A stretch of DNA of 63,869 nt, the filler included, from Octopus bimaculoides (lineage: Eukaryota): NCBI RefSeq assembly GCF_001194135.2. It is 7 parts of 5 records of this genome, joined end to end, with 100 filler letters (N's around TTAATTAATTAA, not from the genome) between each part and the next. Parts side by side here need not be neighbours in the genome. Positions count along the whole stretch, not along the records: positions 1 to 2,637 come from NC_069003.1; positions 2,738 to 20,692 come from NC_068981.1; 5 more parts are not named here. The stretch is one strand, 5' to 3'. The notes under the pieces are model-generated. The model had not been told where the DNA came from. It made no database searches and was given only the letters and a program-made list of their open reading frames with translations. Below, in pieces: positions 1 to 14,403 of the stretch. The position numbers and the translations under genes were made by a program. Positions within the stretch are counted from its first letter, which is position 1; each line of letters starts with the position of its first letter.

Positions 1-370
1 ACAGTTCCTATCAGTGCAGGGGGTTCTACTGAAAGGGTATGTTCTACTGATAAGGGATTTGATAGGGTTGCCTGGCCTTTCAACAACCTTAATTCTTAGC
101 TTAAGTTTGTCTAAAGCGGTACGCCAGTTCGCTTCTAGGGGTGGTGTCGACGAACATGACGCTCTGGTATTTGTGGCTATCATACCATGAGCTGGCCTTC
201 CCTATTTTCTTCTTAATCCTTTCTATGGTGTTCCATGATTTGCTCCTATAGAGTGGGCAAATCCCATTCCTATCGTTACGTTTGATTGTTTCAAACTTCT
301 TCATAGCTCCTTTGTATACCCTGATCCTTTCTTTATGGCTGTAACCTGTTACATACGTTAACAAAATTTA
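1..370 (-). mobile_element. Penelope-like element fragment (RT C-terminal/linker region, Neptune-like)
   Basis: ORF 101-364 (GYSHKERIRVYKGA...PLYRSKSW...SWY...SVMFVDTTPRSEL) resembles the PLE thumb/linker as I recall it; downstream, after a frameshift, RTPCTDRNC resembles the Cys motif that precedes GIY-YIG. Confidence 0.65.
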
Positions 371-1126
371 ATTAAATACAAAAAAAGTAGATAAAAAAAA
401 CACACATGAACAAATAAATAAATAAAAACAAAAACAAACGAACATGTATTAACAGAGGATATAGATAATACAGGCACTCCCCATACACACACATGCACTT
501 ACAAAAACATAGACACATTGAAGGATACGCATGCGTAGACACATACAATAGGAATACAAAATACAAAATGGCTGATAGTTAGCAAGGTGAGACACACATA
601 AGAAAGAAGAAAGCAAAGGACCACTGATGAGATCACAGAAATACAGCAAGAATAAAATAAATAAATAAATAAATGAGAAATGAAAATATAAAATATAAAA
701 ATATAAAAATATAAACAAATAAAAATATAAGGCACATAAAAAGCCTACAAACAGTACATGAGATCATACAAATAGTTATAGACACTCCAATAAATATGTC
801 CGTGACTGCGTGCATAACCATACTTAGATGTCCAATGATTCAAGAGCATATATATATGTGAGTACACATGTGTGTATGTATCCATCTATCCCCTCGCACA
901 TACGTATACATATACAAATACGTATACACCGGCATTCTCCTACGTACATGGTCCCTGGTACCAACGCTGTCTGCTGTGTTTTGAAGGCTGTTTATGTTTT
1001 TTGTCTATGTGGAAGTTCATTTCATAGGAGTTATTAATACTCTAATAGTAGCAATAATAGTGATATGTGTATATACACATATATGTGTGTGTGTATGTGT
1101 GTATGTATATATATGTATACACACGC

Positions 1127-1289
<163 letters not shown>

Positions 1290-1297
1290 GATAATTG

Positions 1298-1798
1298 ATT
1301 AAGTAACCAGATGATAGATTTGGTATTAATTTTTATTTTGTACAACAATCGTTTTGGTCCATCCTGCTACTGTCCCTTATGGGTGGGATTCTGTTCAACA
1401 CGCGTTCCATCCATCTTGCAGTCTGGGTCACATCAGGTACATCCATGCATAAAGTGGTGCCTTGCTAATGATCTTGAGTTTAGGCTGTCAAGTTAGAGAA
1501 TGAAGCATTGATACAATTTCCATTGCTATTAACTTCTCATAACAAAAATGGTAAACATTTGTAAATATAAACAAATAACTGTTGATAGGAAAGAAAGAAA
1601 AAGTTTTTTGCAGGGGAAGTAAATAGGAGATGGACAAAAGAGAGATTAAGTTACATTAGGTTTAAGACAAAGGAATGCAAAATGGATGCAATACATGTCG
1701 AACTGAGTCCCACCCATAAAGGACATTAGCAGGATGGGTTGAAACGATTGTTGTACAAAATAAAGATTAATACTAAATCCAACTTCTGATTACTTAAT
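1298..1798. mobile_element. Foldback/MITE-like non-autonomous DNA transposon with about 125-bp imperfect TIRs
   Basis: 1298-1423 (attaagtaaccagatgatagatttggtattaatttttattttgtacaacaatcgttttggtccatcctgc...) is the imperfect reverse complement of 1673-1798; no coding capacity between. Confidence 0.8.
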
Positions 1799-2491
1799 TA
1801 TTTTTATCTCAACTAGCATTGCAGAGTTCCTGAAGTAGATCCAACAGAAATATACCCCAACTGCAGATGACACCAGGTAGCCCAAACTGTGCCAGTGCTC
1901 TACTCAACACTTCAACACACTAATTGACATATACCTATTAGTCCCAAGTATTACATATATATGTGTATGTGTCAATGGCGTGCACTCTCGGGCATGCAAC
2001 GTATGCGCTGCATGCTCTTTGATTTTTATCCATATCATCGGAAAATTAGATAAAATAGTTACTTTATTTCAAAGAAAATCTGTCCAGTTGTTTTCGAAAT
2101 ATTCTGTCTCCCCTTCCCCTCACTCAGTGACTAGTACTTTTGCTTTGAGAAGGCATGCTTTGAGGAGACAGCATGTAGACACTCCCTGTCTATCTCTGTT
2201 AGTTTGTCCTTCCTTCCTCTCTCTCTCTCTCTCTTAGTGACCTGTCAAAAGATATGCTAAGACCGATAGTGCATTTGAAATATTGTGTACCCCCTTCTTC
2301 TCTCTGTCAGTGACTCGACAAATTTATCGTAGCAAGTCATGCTGTGAGAAAATTGTTAGTGTAGATTTGTTGCTAAGCTGGTTCCACTTTTTTGACCGGA
2401 ACTAGAGCAGTTCTTTAGAACTGCTATAATTAGCTATAATTCTTGGACAAGCCTGGTGTGTAAATTCGAATTTTTTTATCCAAAACATCTT

Positions 2492-2637
2492 TCTTTACTT
2501 GTTTCAGTCATTTGACTGCGGCCATGCTGGAGCACCGTCTTTAGTCGAGCAAATCGACCCCAGGACTTATTCTTTGGACGCCTAGTACTTATTCTATCGG
2601 TTTTTTTGCCGAACCGCTAAGTTACGGGGACGTAAAC
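2492..2637 (-). mobile_element. SINE family A, 3' half (rest in gap)
   Basis: Reverse complement of the family A tail (...ccagcatggccgcagtcaaatgactgaaacaagtaaa) seen in full copies at 34535 and 29020. Confidence 0.85.
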
Positions 2638-2681
2638 NNNNNNNNNNNNNNNNNNNNNNNNNNNNNNNNNNNNNNNNNNNN

Positions 2682-2693
2682 TTAATTAATTAA
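2682..2693. other. Artificial scaffolding spacer TTAATTAATTAA inside N-run (also 20737, 41643, 56693, 59335, 62108)
   Basis: Identical 12-mer embedded in N-runs six times; palindromic, with stop codons in all six frames. Confidence 0.9.
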
Positions 2694-3803
2694 NNNNNNN
2701 NNNNNNNNNNNNNNNNNNNNNNNNNNNNNNNNNNNNNATATATATATATATAGATATATATATACCTATGTATATGTATATGCATTGGATGCATGGTAAC
2801 GAAGTGCGATTCACATTCAGATCACCTGTTGTTAGATGCCATTGTGTGATGCTTTGGAGAAACATCTATAGACTTGTGTAGACTTACGCCTGTTGAGTGA
2901 AATTGTTGCACAGAATATTTGCAGAATCTCGTCGTATATAAACACAAGCACACACACACACATGTATACATCTATATTTATTTCTAACTGTGTATCTATT
3001 TATCTATCTATCTCTTTCTCTCTCGTGCGTGCTTTCACTAGCTTTATAAATAATATGTAATAACTGTCCTGCATCACACTTCGAAAATTATTGAAATTCA
3101 TTCAACCTGTTATACACGTATATGAGTCACATTTTGCCCAAAGCAAAACTTGCATTTAAAATCTTTATTAATACATGTTTTTATGAATTTTATCTAGTAT
3201 TTTCAAATATTTAAAGCAATAAATAATTAAATAGTCTGCAACTGTTGTGTAGAAGGTGAGAATTTTTTTAACAGACTTAAACTAATGTTTGCCCATACAT
3301 CAAAATCATTGATAAAATCACTTTCTTAAGCAGACGCAATAACATGTTTAGTAAGGATCTCTTAATCCTAAAATGCAGAATAACCACGGATTAAATTCTT
3401 TAGATTATAAGCCTGGGTTGACTTAGAGTTAAACAATGACGAATTGCATGCATCTTTAAGATGTCGGATGAAATGCCGCGCGATACTTATACCGAGTCTC
3501 TGTGATTTGAATACATACACTGCCAGGATCACCTTTTCATTTTATTCTTTAAGGATTGAAAAAAATTACCAACCCAAGACAGTGGATTAGCTTCACTGGA
3601 AAAATTTCGGATCGAATCCATTGTGACAGTTGTACATGTTCTTTATATTGAAATCCCCATGCCCTACTGCCTGGCACTTTTAGCGCCATTAACAGAGTTC
3701 ATTTTGTCGAAAGCATTTATACCAGGTCTCTGGTTTCTAGATACTTTCCTATCCAACCCGGAAAGCTTTGTAAAGGGTCCTGGGAACTGTCTTTTCTCCT
3801 CAC

Positions 3804-3867
3804 TCAAAGATATAAAAACAATAACAGCATTGGTGTATTTATCGTTGCATCAGGAGACCTCATCATT
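3804..3867 (-). CDS. Candidate terminal exon of unidentified minus-strand gene (T/MMRSPDATINTPMLLLFLYL*)
   Basis: Strong acceptor tttcatttttaattttttcttcaaattcctAG; phase-2 start matches the phase-2 end of candidate exon 6074-6255; short and unverified. Confidence 0.25.
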
Positions 3868-4499
3868 CTAGGAATTTGAAGAAAAAATTAAAAATGAAAT
3901 TGTGTACGAGCATCTATTTGTGTAGCATCAATTGTAAAATAATACAGGCAAACTATAAAGAAAATATGTGAATATTTAAAAAAGAAAACAAAGCTATTTC
4001 TTGTAAACTTTGTTAGAACTTGATGTGAAAAGTAATTCACGCGAAGATTACGAATTCCCAAGAGCGATTATCCTACGTCGACGTTATCATAAAGGAAGAT
4101 ATAATTATCAAAAGTGAACTCATATACATAGAAGAATATTATCAGGAAATATTCAGTCTTCCTTGTTTGATTAGCATTTCTATGACATACATACACACAC
4201 AAACGTATGAATGTAAATTTGTATGAAGTGTATATATATGTTTGTATGTACGTAGGTAGGCATGCATGTATGCATGTATATATGTATATATGTATCTATG
4301 TGTTGTATCGCACGTTCGACGTACGATATAACGGGATAATAATGTTCTTGCAAATCGTTTTACTCAAGATACTGGTAATAACCCTCGGAAATACCCAACT
4401 CTCAGCTTTACATTGCTCAAGGCTCTTTGCGTATGTTCATTTATATTGTGGCACAGTCCATTAGGAGCTAGCCAAGAGGGGTGTTCTACTTCCACACAA

Positions 4500-5190
4500 T
4501 ACTATGTATGTAGGTGAGTGTGTAGATTCTCTTATTTGTGTATTCGTAGCTGCCTTCGACGTTTGAGTTATGCATATCTACCCAGTCTCTATTCGTTCTA
4601 TCGATCATTAATTGTGGAAGTACAAAGCTATGGAACAATAAGGGTTAGCCCAGATTTTATTCAGACTGACCTAAACAGACGCACACTTAAATGCAAAAAT
4701 ATATAAGCCGTGTGGTGAAAAAATTTGGAGTCCTACGACTTGGGCATGTCTTTTACTATATTCTAGGGTTGACCTTAATGAAGAATGGGTGCACCGAATT
4801 ATGATGAATCCAATTCTTCGCGATGATAATGTATCCTGTCACTGAGCTCTCCTCATTCTTGAGTTTATCGCCACAACTACATCGTATCGCTTCCACATCC
4901 GCCCTATTTTCCAGATCTAATACCCGCGGACTTACATTTGTTCCTCACGATGAAAAGGTCACCGTTTCAACATTGCTGTCGAGATCAAGAGCGCATTGCA
5001 GAAGGTTCTAGACTTTCTTACGGAAAACGACTTTCAGGCCGCATTCCAAAAGTAGCAGGAATGTTCGGACCAGTGTATTATTGCTCAAGGTGAGTAATTC
5101 GAAGGGGATTATGTTAAAACTTAGGTTAATAAGTTATTTTTTTTTTATTAAACATAACTAGTCCGAGTACTCTTTAATACCACCTGGCTA
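4500..5190 (+). mobile_element. Degraded, internally deleted mariner element
   Basis: 4815-5112 encodes, with stops/frameshift, DDNVSCH...PHPPYFPDLIPADLHLF...QCIIAQGE*FEGD, the mariner HDNA..H / HPPYSPDL C-terminal motifs; TIR-like end near 5161-5190. Confidence 0.75.
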
Positions 5191-5468
5191 CATATAAATA
5201 AATTTCAAAATACAGAATCCTGGCGCACAGTTATGTTCCTGGTGTCGAGAGGGCATTCAATTGGACCTGCAGAAACTTTATTATTAGTGGCAGTCTGCGA
5301 AGCTTTAACAGACATAGTTGTACTCACTACTGACACATGATCACCATGAGTATAAATATAACACAGGCTTGTATATTTGAAATGTTCGTTTCTCAATATT
5401 TCGATATGTATAAGCTATTTTACTTTCATAAATACTTTTAGATATATCTTCTAATATACATACAGACA

Positions 5469-5551
<83 letters not shown>

Positions 5552-5809
5552 ACATATATATTATATATAAATATATAACATATGATATACATATATATAC
5601 AGGTATATAGGTATATATGAAAGTATGTATGCATATCTATAAATCTATATAGGTATATTTATATACATGCATATATACACACAAGTACGCATTTGTATGT
5701 GTGTGTGTGTGTGTCCATGAAGATGCATAAATTATATACTTATATATGTATATATTTTACGTATATCATATATGTATGTATAATATATATGTGTATGTAT
5801 ACATGTATG

Positions 5810-5855
<46 letters not shown>

Positions 5856-5930
5856 CGCGTGTGTGTATATATATATATATTATTAGTATTTCTAATTCTC
5901 TCTAAAGGAGACTATATATAAATTTACACA

Positions 5931-6000
<70 letters not shown>

Positions 6001-6073
6001 CACACACACACAAACTTCGTGTGTGTTGTGCGTATAATTTCTTTCTCCAAGTGTTCCCCTCCTGAATATTTAC

Positions 6074-6255
6074 GTATTAAGATAAAATCTAAAGAAAACT
6101 ATTGACAGATATGAGCAAGAGATATTTTCTGAATGCTTTGTATCATGGGACCATTTCATGTCTTGACTAATATTAAGATAAGAAGGCCAACTATAATGTC
6201 TTTCAATGTTTAGCATGATGTTCCTCTTAATTTTACGACATAAAATTTGCTTCAC
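6074..6255 (-). CDS. Candidate internal exon of unidentified gene (VKQILCRKIKRNIMLNIERHYSWPSYLNISQDMKWSHDTKHSENISCSYLSIVFFRFYLN)
   Basis: Acceptor ggtcttattttAG directly before GTG; only the phase-0 frame is open (60 codons); donor AC|GTAAAT; 182 nt. Confidence 0.35.
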
Positions 6256-6592
6256 CTAAAATAAGACCATATGCTGTAAGCTAAATGGACAAAAAAATAT
6301 AAAATAAAATAAAACAGACAGAAAAATGCGAGAATTGTGATCATTCAACAAAAAGTGAAATTAAAGATATCATTTTCATCTATATAAACTTAAAAGGATG
6401 TGAATGGATAAAACAAAAGAAATCATTCTCTTTTTTTGTTTTAACTGTAGACACTTTGGAAACAGCAACAAACATACTTACATTATGTACTTAGATGCGC
6501 ACACGCTTATGTATGTATTTATGTGTGTGTGCATAAAAACACATAACTATGCGCGGACGAGCGCATGCGTTTGCGTGTGTGCGTGTATATGA

Positions 6593-6628
<36 letters not shown>

Positions 6629-6638
6629 NNNNNNNNNN

Positions 6639-6695
<57 letters not shown>

Positions 6696-7035
6696 AATAT
6701 TAAGCTATACAAAAAGTTTACTCATAATTTGAAAAATGTTTCATCTGCAGATGATGAAAGAATAGTCACAAGATTTTCAGATGTAACACACACACACATA
6801 CTCACACACACATGCACACGCACACACGCACCTTTACATTCATCCATATCGAAACACACACCTACACAGTCACGCGCACACGCATACATATATATGTATA
6901 TATGTATATATACATACATATATATGGATATATATATGTATGTGTTTTTATACATGTATATATTTATTTACATATGTATGTATTTATATATATNNNNNNN
7001 NNNGTTGAAAGTATAGAGAGGGAAGTGTGCGGAGG

Positions 7036-7730
7036 TAGACATGCAGGAAGTAAATAGACACCTTTAATTTTCAAAGTCTTTTATTTAATACGCAAAGCGA
7101 ATAATTGAAATGTAATCGATAGGTAGGACTACATAATTTAGTATTTAGTTGACATTCCCTGTGCAGTTTTTAATTCAGAAACTCTTTTTGGCATTGAACT
7201 GATGAGCTTTGTGATTGTCTCTTGTGGAATTTCTGCCAACTTTTCACGCAACAATCGAAACATTTCATCTTTAGATTTAGGTTTCTGCCGAGTTTTTTGT
7301 ATAGCTCTATTTAGTATTCTCCAAAGATTTTCAATTGGGTTCATGTCAGGAGATTGGTTCGACCAGGGAAGCTTTTTGATCCCATTTTCAGTCAGCCATT
7401 GTTGATTCCTTTTCGCTGTGTGGCATGGAGCTCCATCTTCCATGAATAAAAACTCATTTTTCGTTATGTTATCGTGTGAATACATCGGAAGTAGTCCTTG
7501 CTTATGTATTTCGATGTATTTTTCAGAGTTTATGGTTCTAACACATTCGATCAGCTCAGAACGACCATTGCTGGTGACAGCTCCCCATACCAGTACAGAA
7601 CTAGCGCCATGTTTCACAATTGGTTGGAGTCGTTTCAAATCAAATTCTTGATTGGGCAACCTCCACACCAAAACACGTCCACTGTCTGAAAATAAGGCAA
7701 ATCTGGATTTACTCTATCACTCTATCCCAA
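7036..7730 (-). mobile_element. Tc1-family (DD34E) transposon, 3' half with terminal inverted repeat
   Basis: ORF 7138-7671 has VLVWGAV, EDGAPCH, WSNQSPDMNPIENLW with 34 residues between D and E and ends STKY*; agacatgcaggaagtaaatagacacc at 7037 matches the 5' TIR of the copy at 46784. Confidence 0.92.
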
Positions 7731-8632
7731 AATGAACTGGATCTTTCTGATATCTCGTTAGCCCATTTCTTTTTTTCATGATATTAATTGGTTGAAGGAG
7801 AGGTTTCCTTCTAAACTGCATATCCATAATACCGAAGCTTATGCAGATATGTAACACACGTTCTTGGAGTTCGGAATGCTGGGCCTCAAACCAGTTCTTT
7901 CGTGGTATCTTTAAAGCCAGGAACGTTTCAGAACCCCCCATACATATAACAATATAACACACACACACACACACGATCAAATATATATATNNNNNNNNNN
8001 NNNNNNNNNNNNNNNNNNNNNNNNNNNNNNNNNNNNNNNNNNNNNNNNNNNNNNNNNNNNNNNNNNNNNNNNNNNNNNNNNNNNNNNNNNNNNNNNNNNN
8101 NNNNNNNNNNNNNNNNNNNNNNNNNNNNNNNNNNNNNNNNNNNNNNNNNNNNNNNNNNNNNNNNNNNNNNNNNNNNNNNNNNNNNNNNNNNNNNNNNNNN
8201 NNNNNNNNNNNNNNNNNNNNNNNNNNNNNNNNNNNNNNNNNNNNNNNNNNNNNNNNNNNNNNNNNNNNNNNNNNNNNNNNNNNNNNNNNNNNNNNNNNNN
8301 NNNNNNNNNNNNNNNNNNNNNNNNNNNNNNNNNNNNNNNNNNNNNNNNNNNNNNNNNNNNNNNNNNNNNNNNNNNNNNNNNNNNNNNNNNNNNNNNNNNN
8401 NNNNNNNNNNNNNNNNNNNNNNNNNNNNNNNNNNNNNNNNNNNNNNNNNNNNNNNNNNNNNNNNNNNNNNNNNNNNNNNNNNNNNNNNNNNNNNNNNNNN
8501 NNNNNNNNNNNNNNNNNNNNNNNNNNNNNNNNNNNNNNNNNNNNNNNNNNNNNNNNNNNNNNNNNNNNNNNNNNNNNNNNNNNNNNNNNNNNNNNNNNNN
8601 NNNNNNNNNNNNNNNNNNNNNNNNNNNNNNNN

Positions 8633-8718
<86 letters not shown>

Positions 8719-9229
8719 TATCTGTATGTATGTATGTATGTATGTATGTATGTATATATTCGCACACACAAATATATTATGTATGTGCGTTTATGTAGAC
8801 ATATTCCTAATTCTGGTTTGTTGATAGATTTAAATAATTGCATAGTTATTACATGCCGAGTATTTACTGGTCTGATTATATTACATGAAAAATGTCAGCT
8901 AATTTATCCTTAAAGATACAAAACCTACTTCCTTAAAAAATATATCCTTCAACTGACGAAAGAATTATGTCCCCTTCGAATGCATCCCAGGAGAACTATT
9001 TCCAGCAGGTTTTGTGTTAAAAGGTTGTTTGATATGTTTAATTTCTTTTCAGAATCTCCTTTTAGCATTTATAAAGTTTCTAACGCAGTGGATGTTTCTA
9101 ATACACATGTATTTTTTTCTTTTAATGCTATCTTCATGGTTTTATTAGAGAAAGAAAGGGCCGGTTTTATTACTTGTCTTTTTAACAACTAGGAAGAGTA
9201 ATGGACGACCTTCCTCAGATCGAAGATCT

Positions 9230-10122
9230 ATCCTGGATACTTACGATAGAAAGGATTTCGCCAAAGGTAACCAAGGATCAATACTAGTATAAAACCGAGT
9301 TTTCTACATTCAAATCTATGCTGACGTTCTTTCCAGTTCTAGCTGTATTGCAGTTGTTATTTAGAATGCTTTTAAGGTGTGCATGTTTGTATGTCTTATA
9401 TTTTGCAATGTGTTTTTCTGCTTAAATCATTTTCCAAGCAAAGGATAATTTCTATTTTCGGTCGTCATTTTCTGGTTATATCTATTTTCAGATCTTTGTG
9501 GTTATCTTATTTTGTCACCATTCTCTGTTAGCCCTAATAGACATTATCAATTGTTTCTCCTGATACTTCGAAAAGGGTACAGTTATTTTGTAAGGTTTTT
9601 CGAAGCAATATCCAGGACTTTAGTCATGATCTCGTTATTTTGCGTTATTGGTAAATCCTTGCGTATTGCCAGATCATAATACTCTTCGACAGTTCATGTT
9701 TCTCTACTCGTATTTCATAACTGTGGCACAATTTCAAGTTGTTTTAAAGTACCCAAAATGTGTGATGTCTGTAAATGTATTCTTTCCTGGCCAAGACTTG
9801 AAAGGCAAAACAATGTGGTTACTTGTTTCTTTTTGATCTCTACATTATGGAGTATGACAGCTTCCGGGTAGTTTCTGCCTGGAAGGTTTTTATACGTCTG
9901 TTTCAATTTAACATCTTGCACAACCCAGCACATGTTGCAATATTCCTTTTTCTGTTTCACTATGATGAGCTTTTTTCCTTTATTGGCCATATTGGAATTA
10001 CATTTCGGAGTTTCCTTTATAGCATTTATTTTAGGTGTGTCAGTTTCTTTTGTTAATTCTTTAGCTCTCACGAATCTGTCAATCCAACTCCAGCTTCGTA
10101 TCATTGTCTTCCTTGAAAACAC
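9230..10122 (-). mobile_element. Highly degraded Penelope-like RT fragment
   Basis: MANKGKKLIIVKQKKEY resembles the PLE ADKG..VI..K.Y motif; a degenerate (V)EN..LYTSID near 9290 resembles SFDVxSLYTNI; many stops and frameshifts. Confidence 0.45.
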
Positions 10123-11198
10123 AAATCAGTTTATTGCTTTGTTCATGTTTGTATCTAATTAACTTTTCATTACTTTTTAATAAGGATTTCTTTATTCCTA
10201 CAACGGATAATATATAAATGTGCTCAAGTAGAACAAAGCCTCCACTTTCCCATATTTGGGATAAATATAATCTTTCTAAAACATATCATTTGTACAAACT
10301 TGGCATTCATTGAGCAGAATGTTTAAATCTACGTGACCAAGGCTTATCTTAAAACCAACGTCACCTTTTGAATGATGTCACATCAATAGATATAGATGTA
10401 GTGGCTACATCTATATCATTCAACAACAGAATTTCCGGGACATACCTATTTGTACTGATATTTATGGTTGTGAATAATACGCATCTTATTCTTGGCCAGT
10501 ATCAGGTAGCAGGTGAAGTAAAATGTTGTTTCGGAGTGGTTTGAATCTCACTGTTACAGACTACTTTCGTAGATTTGGGTGGTCGAGCAGAGTAGATCGG
10601 CTGAATTTCTTCAGACACATAGAAACTTTCATGAGAACGTTCCACTCTTTAGTACTTATGGGAGAATGGTTCCAAGGACTAATCTTGTAGTATTTTGGAG
10701 TTAGGCAATAAAAGAAGGTAAAATCTATGTAGACAATTCCAAAACACTGACAGATATTCACTGGGTTATCCTGAATGTACCAATGTAGACATTGAGCAAC
10801 CGCATCTGCCCATCCATTTTTATTTAGCCCAGTAGACAAAAAAAGGTTGTATTATCGAGTTTTCAGATAGACAACTACACAGAAGACAAAATGTTTGATT
10901 TGCACGATCAACTTTGAGAAGGAACTCAGTTTCTAGAGTTTCAACGTATATTTTTCGGCGCAAAATGTTTACAGTTTTCCTGATTTCCGAACTAGTTAAG
11001 CTACAATTAATGGGTCGATCCTTAGCAACAGGCTGTGAAGCGATCTGGAAAGGGCAATGAAAGAAGAATCCATAGTATTTATCAAATAAATAGCAATAAA
11101 TAGAAAAAATAGATCTGAGAGGGTACTAGCGTGTAAAATAAAAGATGTAATGTAGGAAAAGCATCTCAGTCGACGTACTGAGTGTGATATTAACTCAC

Positions 11199-11365
11199 AA
11201 GTATTTCTTCAATGCAAGACACGTTGTGTTGTCGGCTAAATCTAATCATGGTAGAAATGAGAGAACGATCGTTTGGCAGAGCCAAGTAAAAGAGCCGCGA
11301 CATAATGTTCGTGGGCCGGAACGATCGCATGACATCAATTCCAAGAGTAATTTCTTCAACCGCTT
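11199..11365 (-). CDS. Candidate internal exon of unidentified protein (AVEEITLGIDVMRSFRPTNIMSRLFYLALPNDRSLISTMIRFSRQHNVSCIEEIL)
   Basis: 167 nt, AG acceptor after a T-rich tract, consensus donor GTGAGT, open phase 1 to phase 0, non-repetitive, GC/CpG-richer than flanks; the in-register antisense frame is also open (ORF 11184-11369). Confidence 0.55.
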
Positions 11366-13023
11366 CTAGACATTTCTTTTCAAGAAAAAAAATGGAATGA
11401 AATACATACTAATCGTTGAGTAAGTAGTCAAAAATTGTGAAGACCACCTTAGCTTGAACGAGAGATTAAAGATGTGGCATTTAATTACGTCATTCCAGGT
11501 TCAAATACTGCTGAGATGTAATAAATGTAAACAAGGATGGGAACGTGGAGACGTTGATCTCGGAAATCGACTCCACCAATCCCACACAAAATTTTTGGTT
11601 TCTGCTTATGCTAGAAATCTCTATTATTTCAAACTTGATAAGAAAGATTCTTTGCATTAATTTGAAATATCTTTATGCATTTTATCTTCAACATTTTTTC
11701 TCCTTATCTTTCATATGACTCACATTATAAAAATATTCCCTCTTTGATAATTTTCTAATAAATAATAGCAGATACTGTAGATATCTTAAATAAAATTTTT
11801 AGTATGAAACAACGTGTCATAAATAACAATGTGAACAACTACAACAACTACAACAACAACAACAACAAATGTCTAAAGGTTTATATCAAAACATTTTCTG
11901 GTAAACTATTTTTAGTTTGTAGTCGTATCTTTGCAAGGGAAGCAACAAGAGAGGTCTATGTTGTACATATCTATAAGTGCATATCTCTTGCGTGACTCTT
12001 ATGTCGACCTCCGCAAAATAGGAAGAAAAACACGGAAGGCCAAAACAAAACACAAATATAAATCAAATGCCCCATACAGGGTGGCATTCATGCACACACA
12101 CACACACACACATAGATTCACACAAATGCACACACATGCACAAAGCAAACACACACGCGTATACACACACACACATACAGAAAGAGACAGACAGGCACCT
12201 TTACATATATAGACACATGTGAAGGGTAGTTAAGTTAAAAATAAAAAGCTAACGAGGAAAGGGAATTTGATAAGCAATATTAGATAAAGCTTGTTAAGAA
12301 ATATCAATAATAATAAAAATAATAAGTACACAAATAAAAGAGGGCAAATATAAGCAGTGGCATCTTACATAATATGATACATAAATAGATTAGATTACAA
12401 GTGTGTTTCAATGTAGCGCTAAACTTTATGTATATATTTGTACGTAGAAAGATTTACATAAAGAGACATACACATTAGAACACACACATACACATATGTA
12501 CGCATGTATATATATTTCTTGCGCACACACGTGCACATGTATGTGTGTGTCTGTGTGCGCGCGTGCGTGTATATATACATGTATATATATATATATATAT
12601 ATATNNNNNNNNNNNNNNNNNNNNNNNNNNNNNNNNNNNNNNNNNNNNNNNNNNNNNNNNNNNNNNNNNNNNNNNNNNNNNNNNNNNNNNNNNNNNNNNN
12701 NNNNNNNNNNNNNNNNNNNNNNNNNNNNNNNNNNNNNNNNNNNNNNNNNNNNNNNNNNNNNNNNNNNNNNNNNNNNNNNNNNNNNNNNNNNNNNNNNNNN
12801 NNNNNNNNNNNNNNNNNNNNNNNNNNNNNNNNNNNNNNNNNNNNNNNNNNNNNNNNNNNNNNNNNNNNNNNNNNNNNNNNNNNNNNNNNNNNNNNNNNNN
12901 NNNNNNNNNNNNNNNNNNNNNNNNNNNNNNNNNNNNNNNNNNNNNNNNNNNNNNNNNNNNNNNNNNNNNNNNNNNNNNNNNNNNNNNNNATTGGCTAAAC
13001 TGGCAATATGACCATCCCCAAGT

Positions 13024-13064
<41 letters not shown>

Positions 13065-14403
13065 GAGAGAGAGAGAGAGATAGAGAGAGAGAGAAAGAGA
13101 GAGAGCGAGACAGACCGACAGACATTTACATATATACACACACACATACATATATTTCGTAAAATGATTACAGGAATTATAAGCGAGCTACTTTATGTTT
13201 CATGCTGTAATCGGACAGGCTTGTATAGCATATGGTTCAGCACCGGCTATCGTGCATGCTTTAAAATGATGCCTATTTTGAGATGAAATACGAGAAAATA
13301 TATACGAGAAATATGCGAGAAATATACGAGAAACATACGAGAAAATTAGAACTGTCTACTGGGATTTTTTTTAGATCTTATTATACAGATCTAATAAGGA
13401 TCTGTTAAGTCAAAAGAACACTAATCTTTATTAGATGTAAGGACGCAACGATCTTCTAAAAAATGTAGGCACAAAATGTAGGCACCCTGGCAAGTTTCTA
13501 TTATCGGACAGGAAGACTACTCAACGCTGTTTAGCCTTTCTTCTATTAAACTATCCCAAGTAGACACAATTCTTTTATATGACAACACCTAGTTATGGCT
13601 TATGAACCTCTTAACTTTTACAATATTAATTATTTAAAAAGACAGAACATAAATTCCCTGAATGGATTAATCGCCCTCAAAAGCGCTTCTTAACATTTCT
13701 ATCGGTGTTCTTTTCCTCTTTCGTCTCATATGCTCTCACTGAAGAGCTATGATATCACATTGCTGTGGCAGTAAACTTTCCTTAGCTACTAATCTCATCT
13801 CTTATGGAGATTTTACAACTAGCTCGAAACCGAGTCGGTCTCGTGATCAACTCATCTGCTGGAGGATGGTAGGGGCTCGCTCCCTTGCTAGCAATATATA
13901 TATATATATATATATATTGGTGGTGATGGTGGTGGTGGTGCTGCTGCTGCTGGTGGACAAACACAAATACAAATACTCATATACAGAAACACACCCACAC
14001 ACATTCACATATATAAACGACGATCTTTCAGTTACCGCCTACCAAATCCCCTCGATAAGGTTTGATCTGCCCAGGGTTATAGCTGAGGACACTTGCCCAA
14101 AGTACCACGCAAGGAGCCTGAACACCGAATCTGGGACATATGGTAGGGAAGCAAATTTCTTACCANNNNNNNNNNNNNNNNNNNNNNNNNNNNNNNNNNN
14201 NNNNNNNNNNNNNNNNNNNNNNNNNNNNNNNNNNNNNNNNNNNNNNNNNNNNNNNNNNNNNNNNNNNNNNNNNNNNNNNNNNNNNNNNNNNNNNNNNNNN
14301 NNNNNNNNNNNNNNNNNNNNNNNNNNNNNNNNNGGGAGGGATAGTTGTACAGACAGACAGGGAAGCAGACAGAAAGATAGACAGACTGACAGACAGCCAT
14401 ATA

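Noticed and set aside
4020-4520. Short plus-strand frames with LGIC-like words (AIILRRR at about 4070; YPTLSFTLLK at about 4400)
   Set aside because: Both are bounded by in-frame stops, lack the following M1 helix and lack paired splice sites; compatible with chance.
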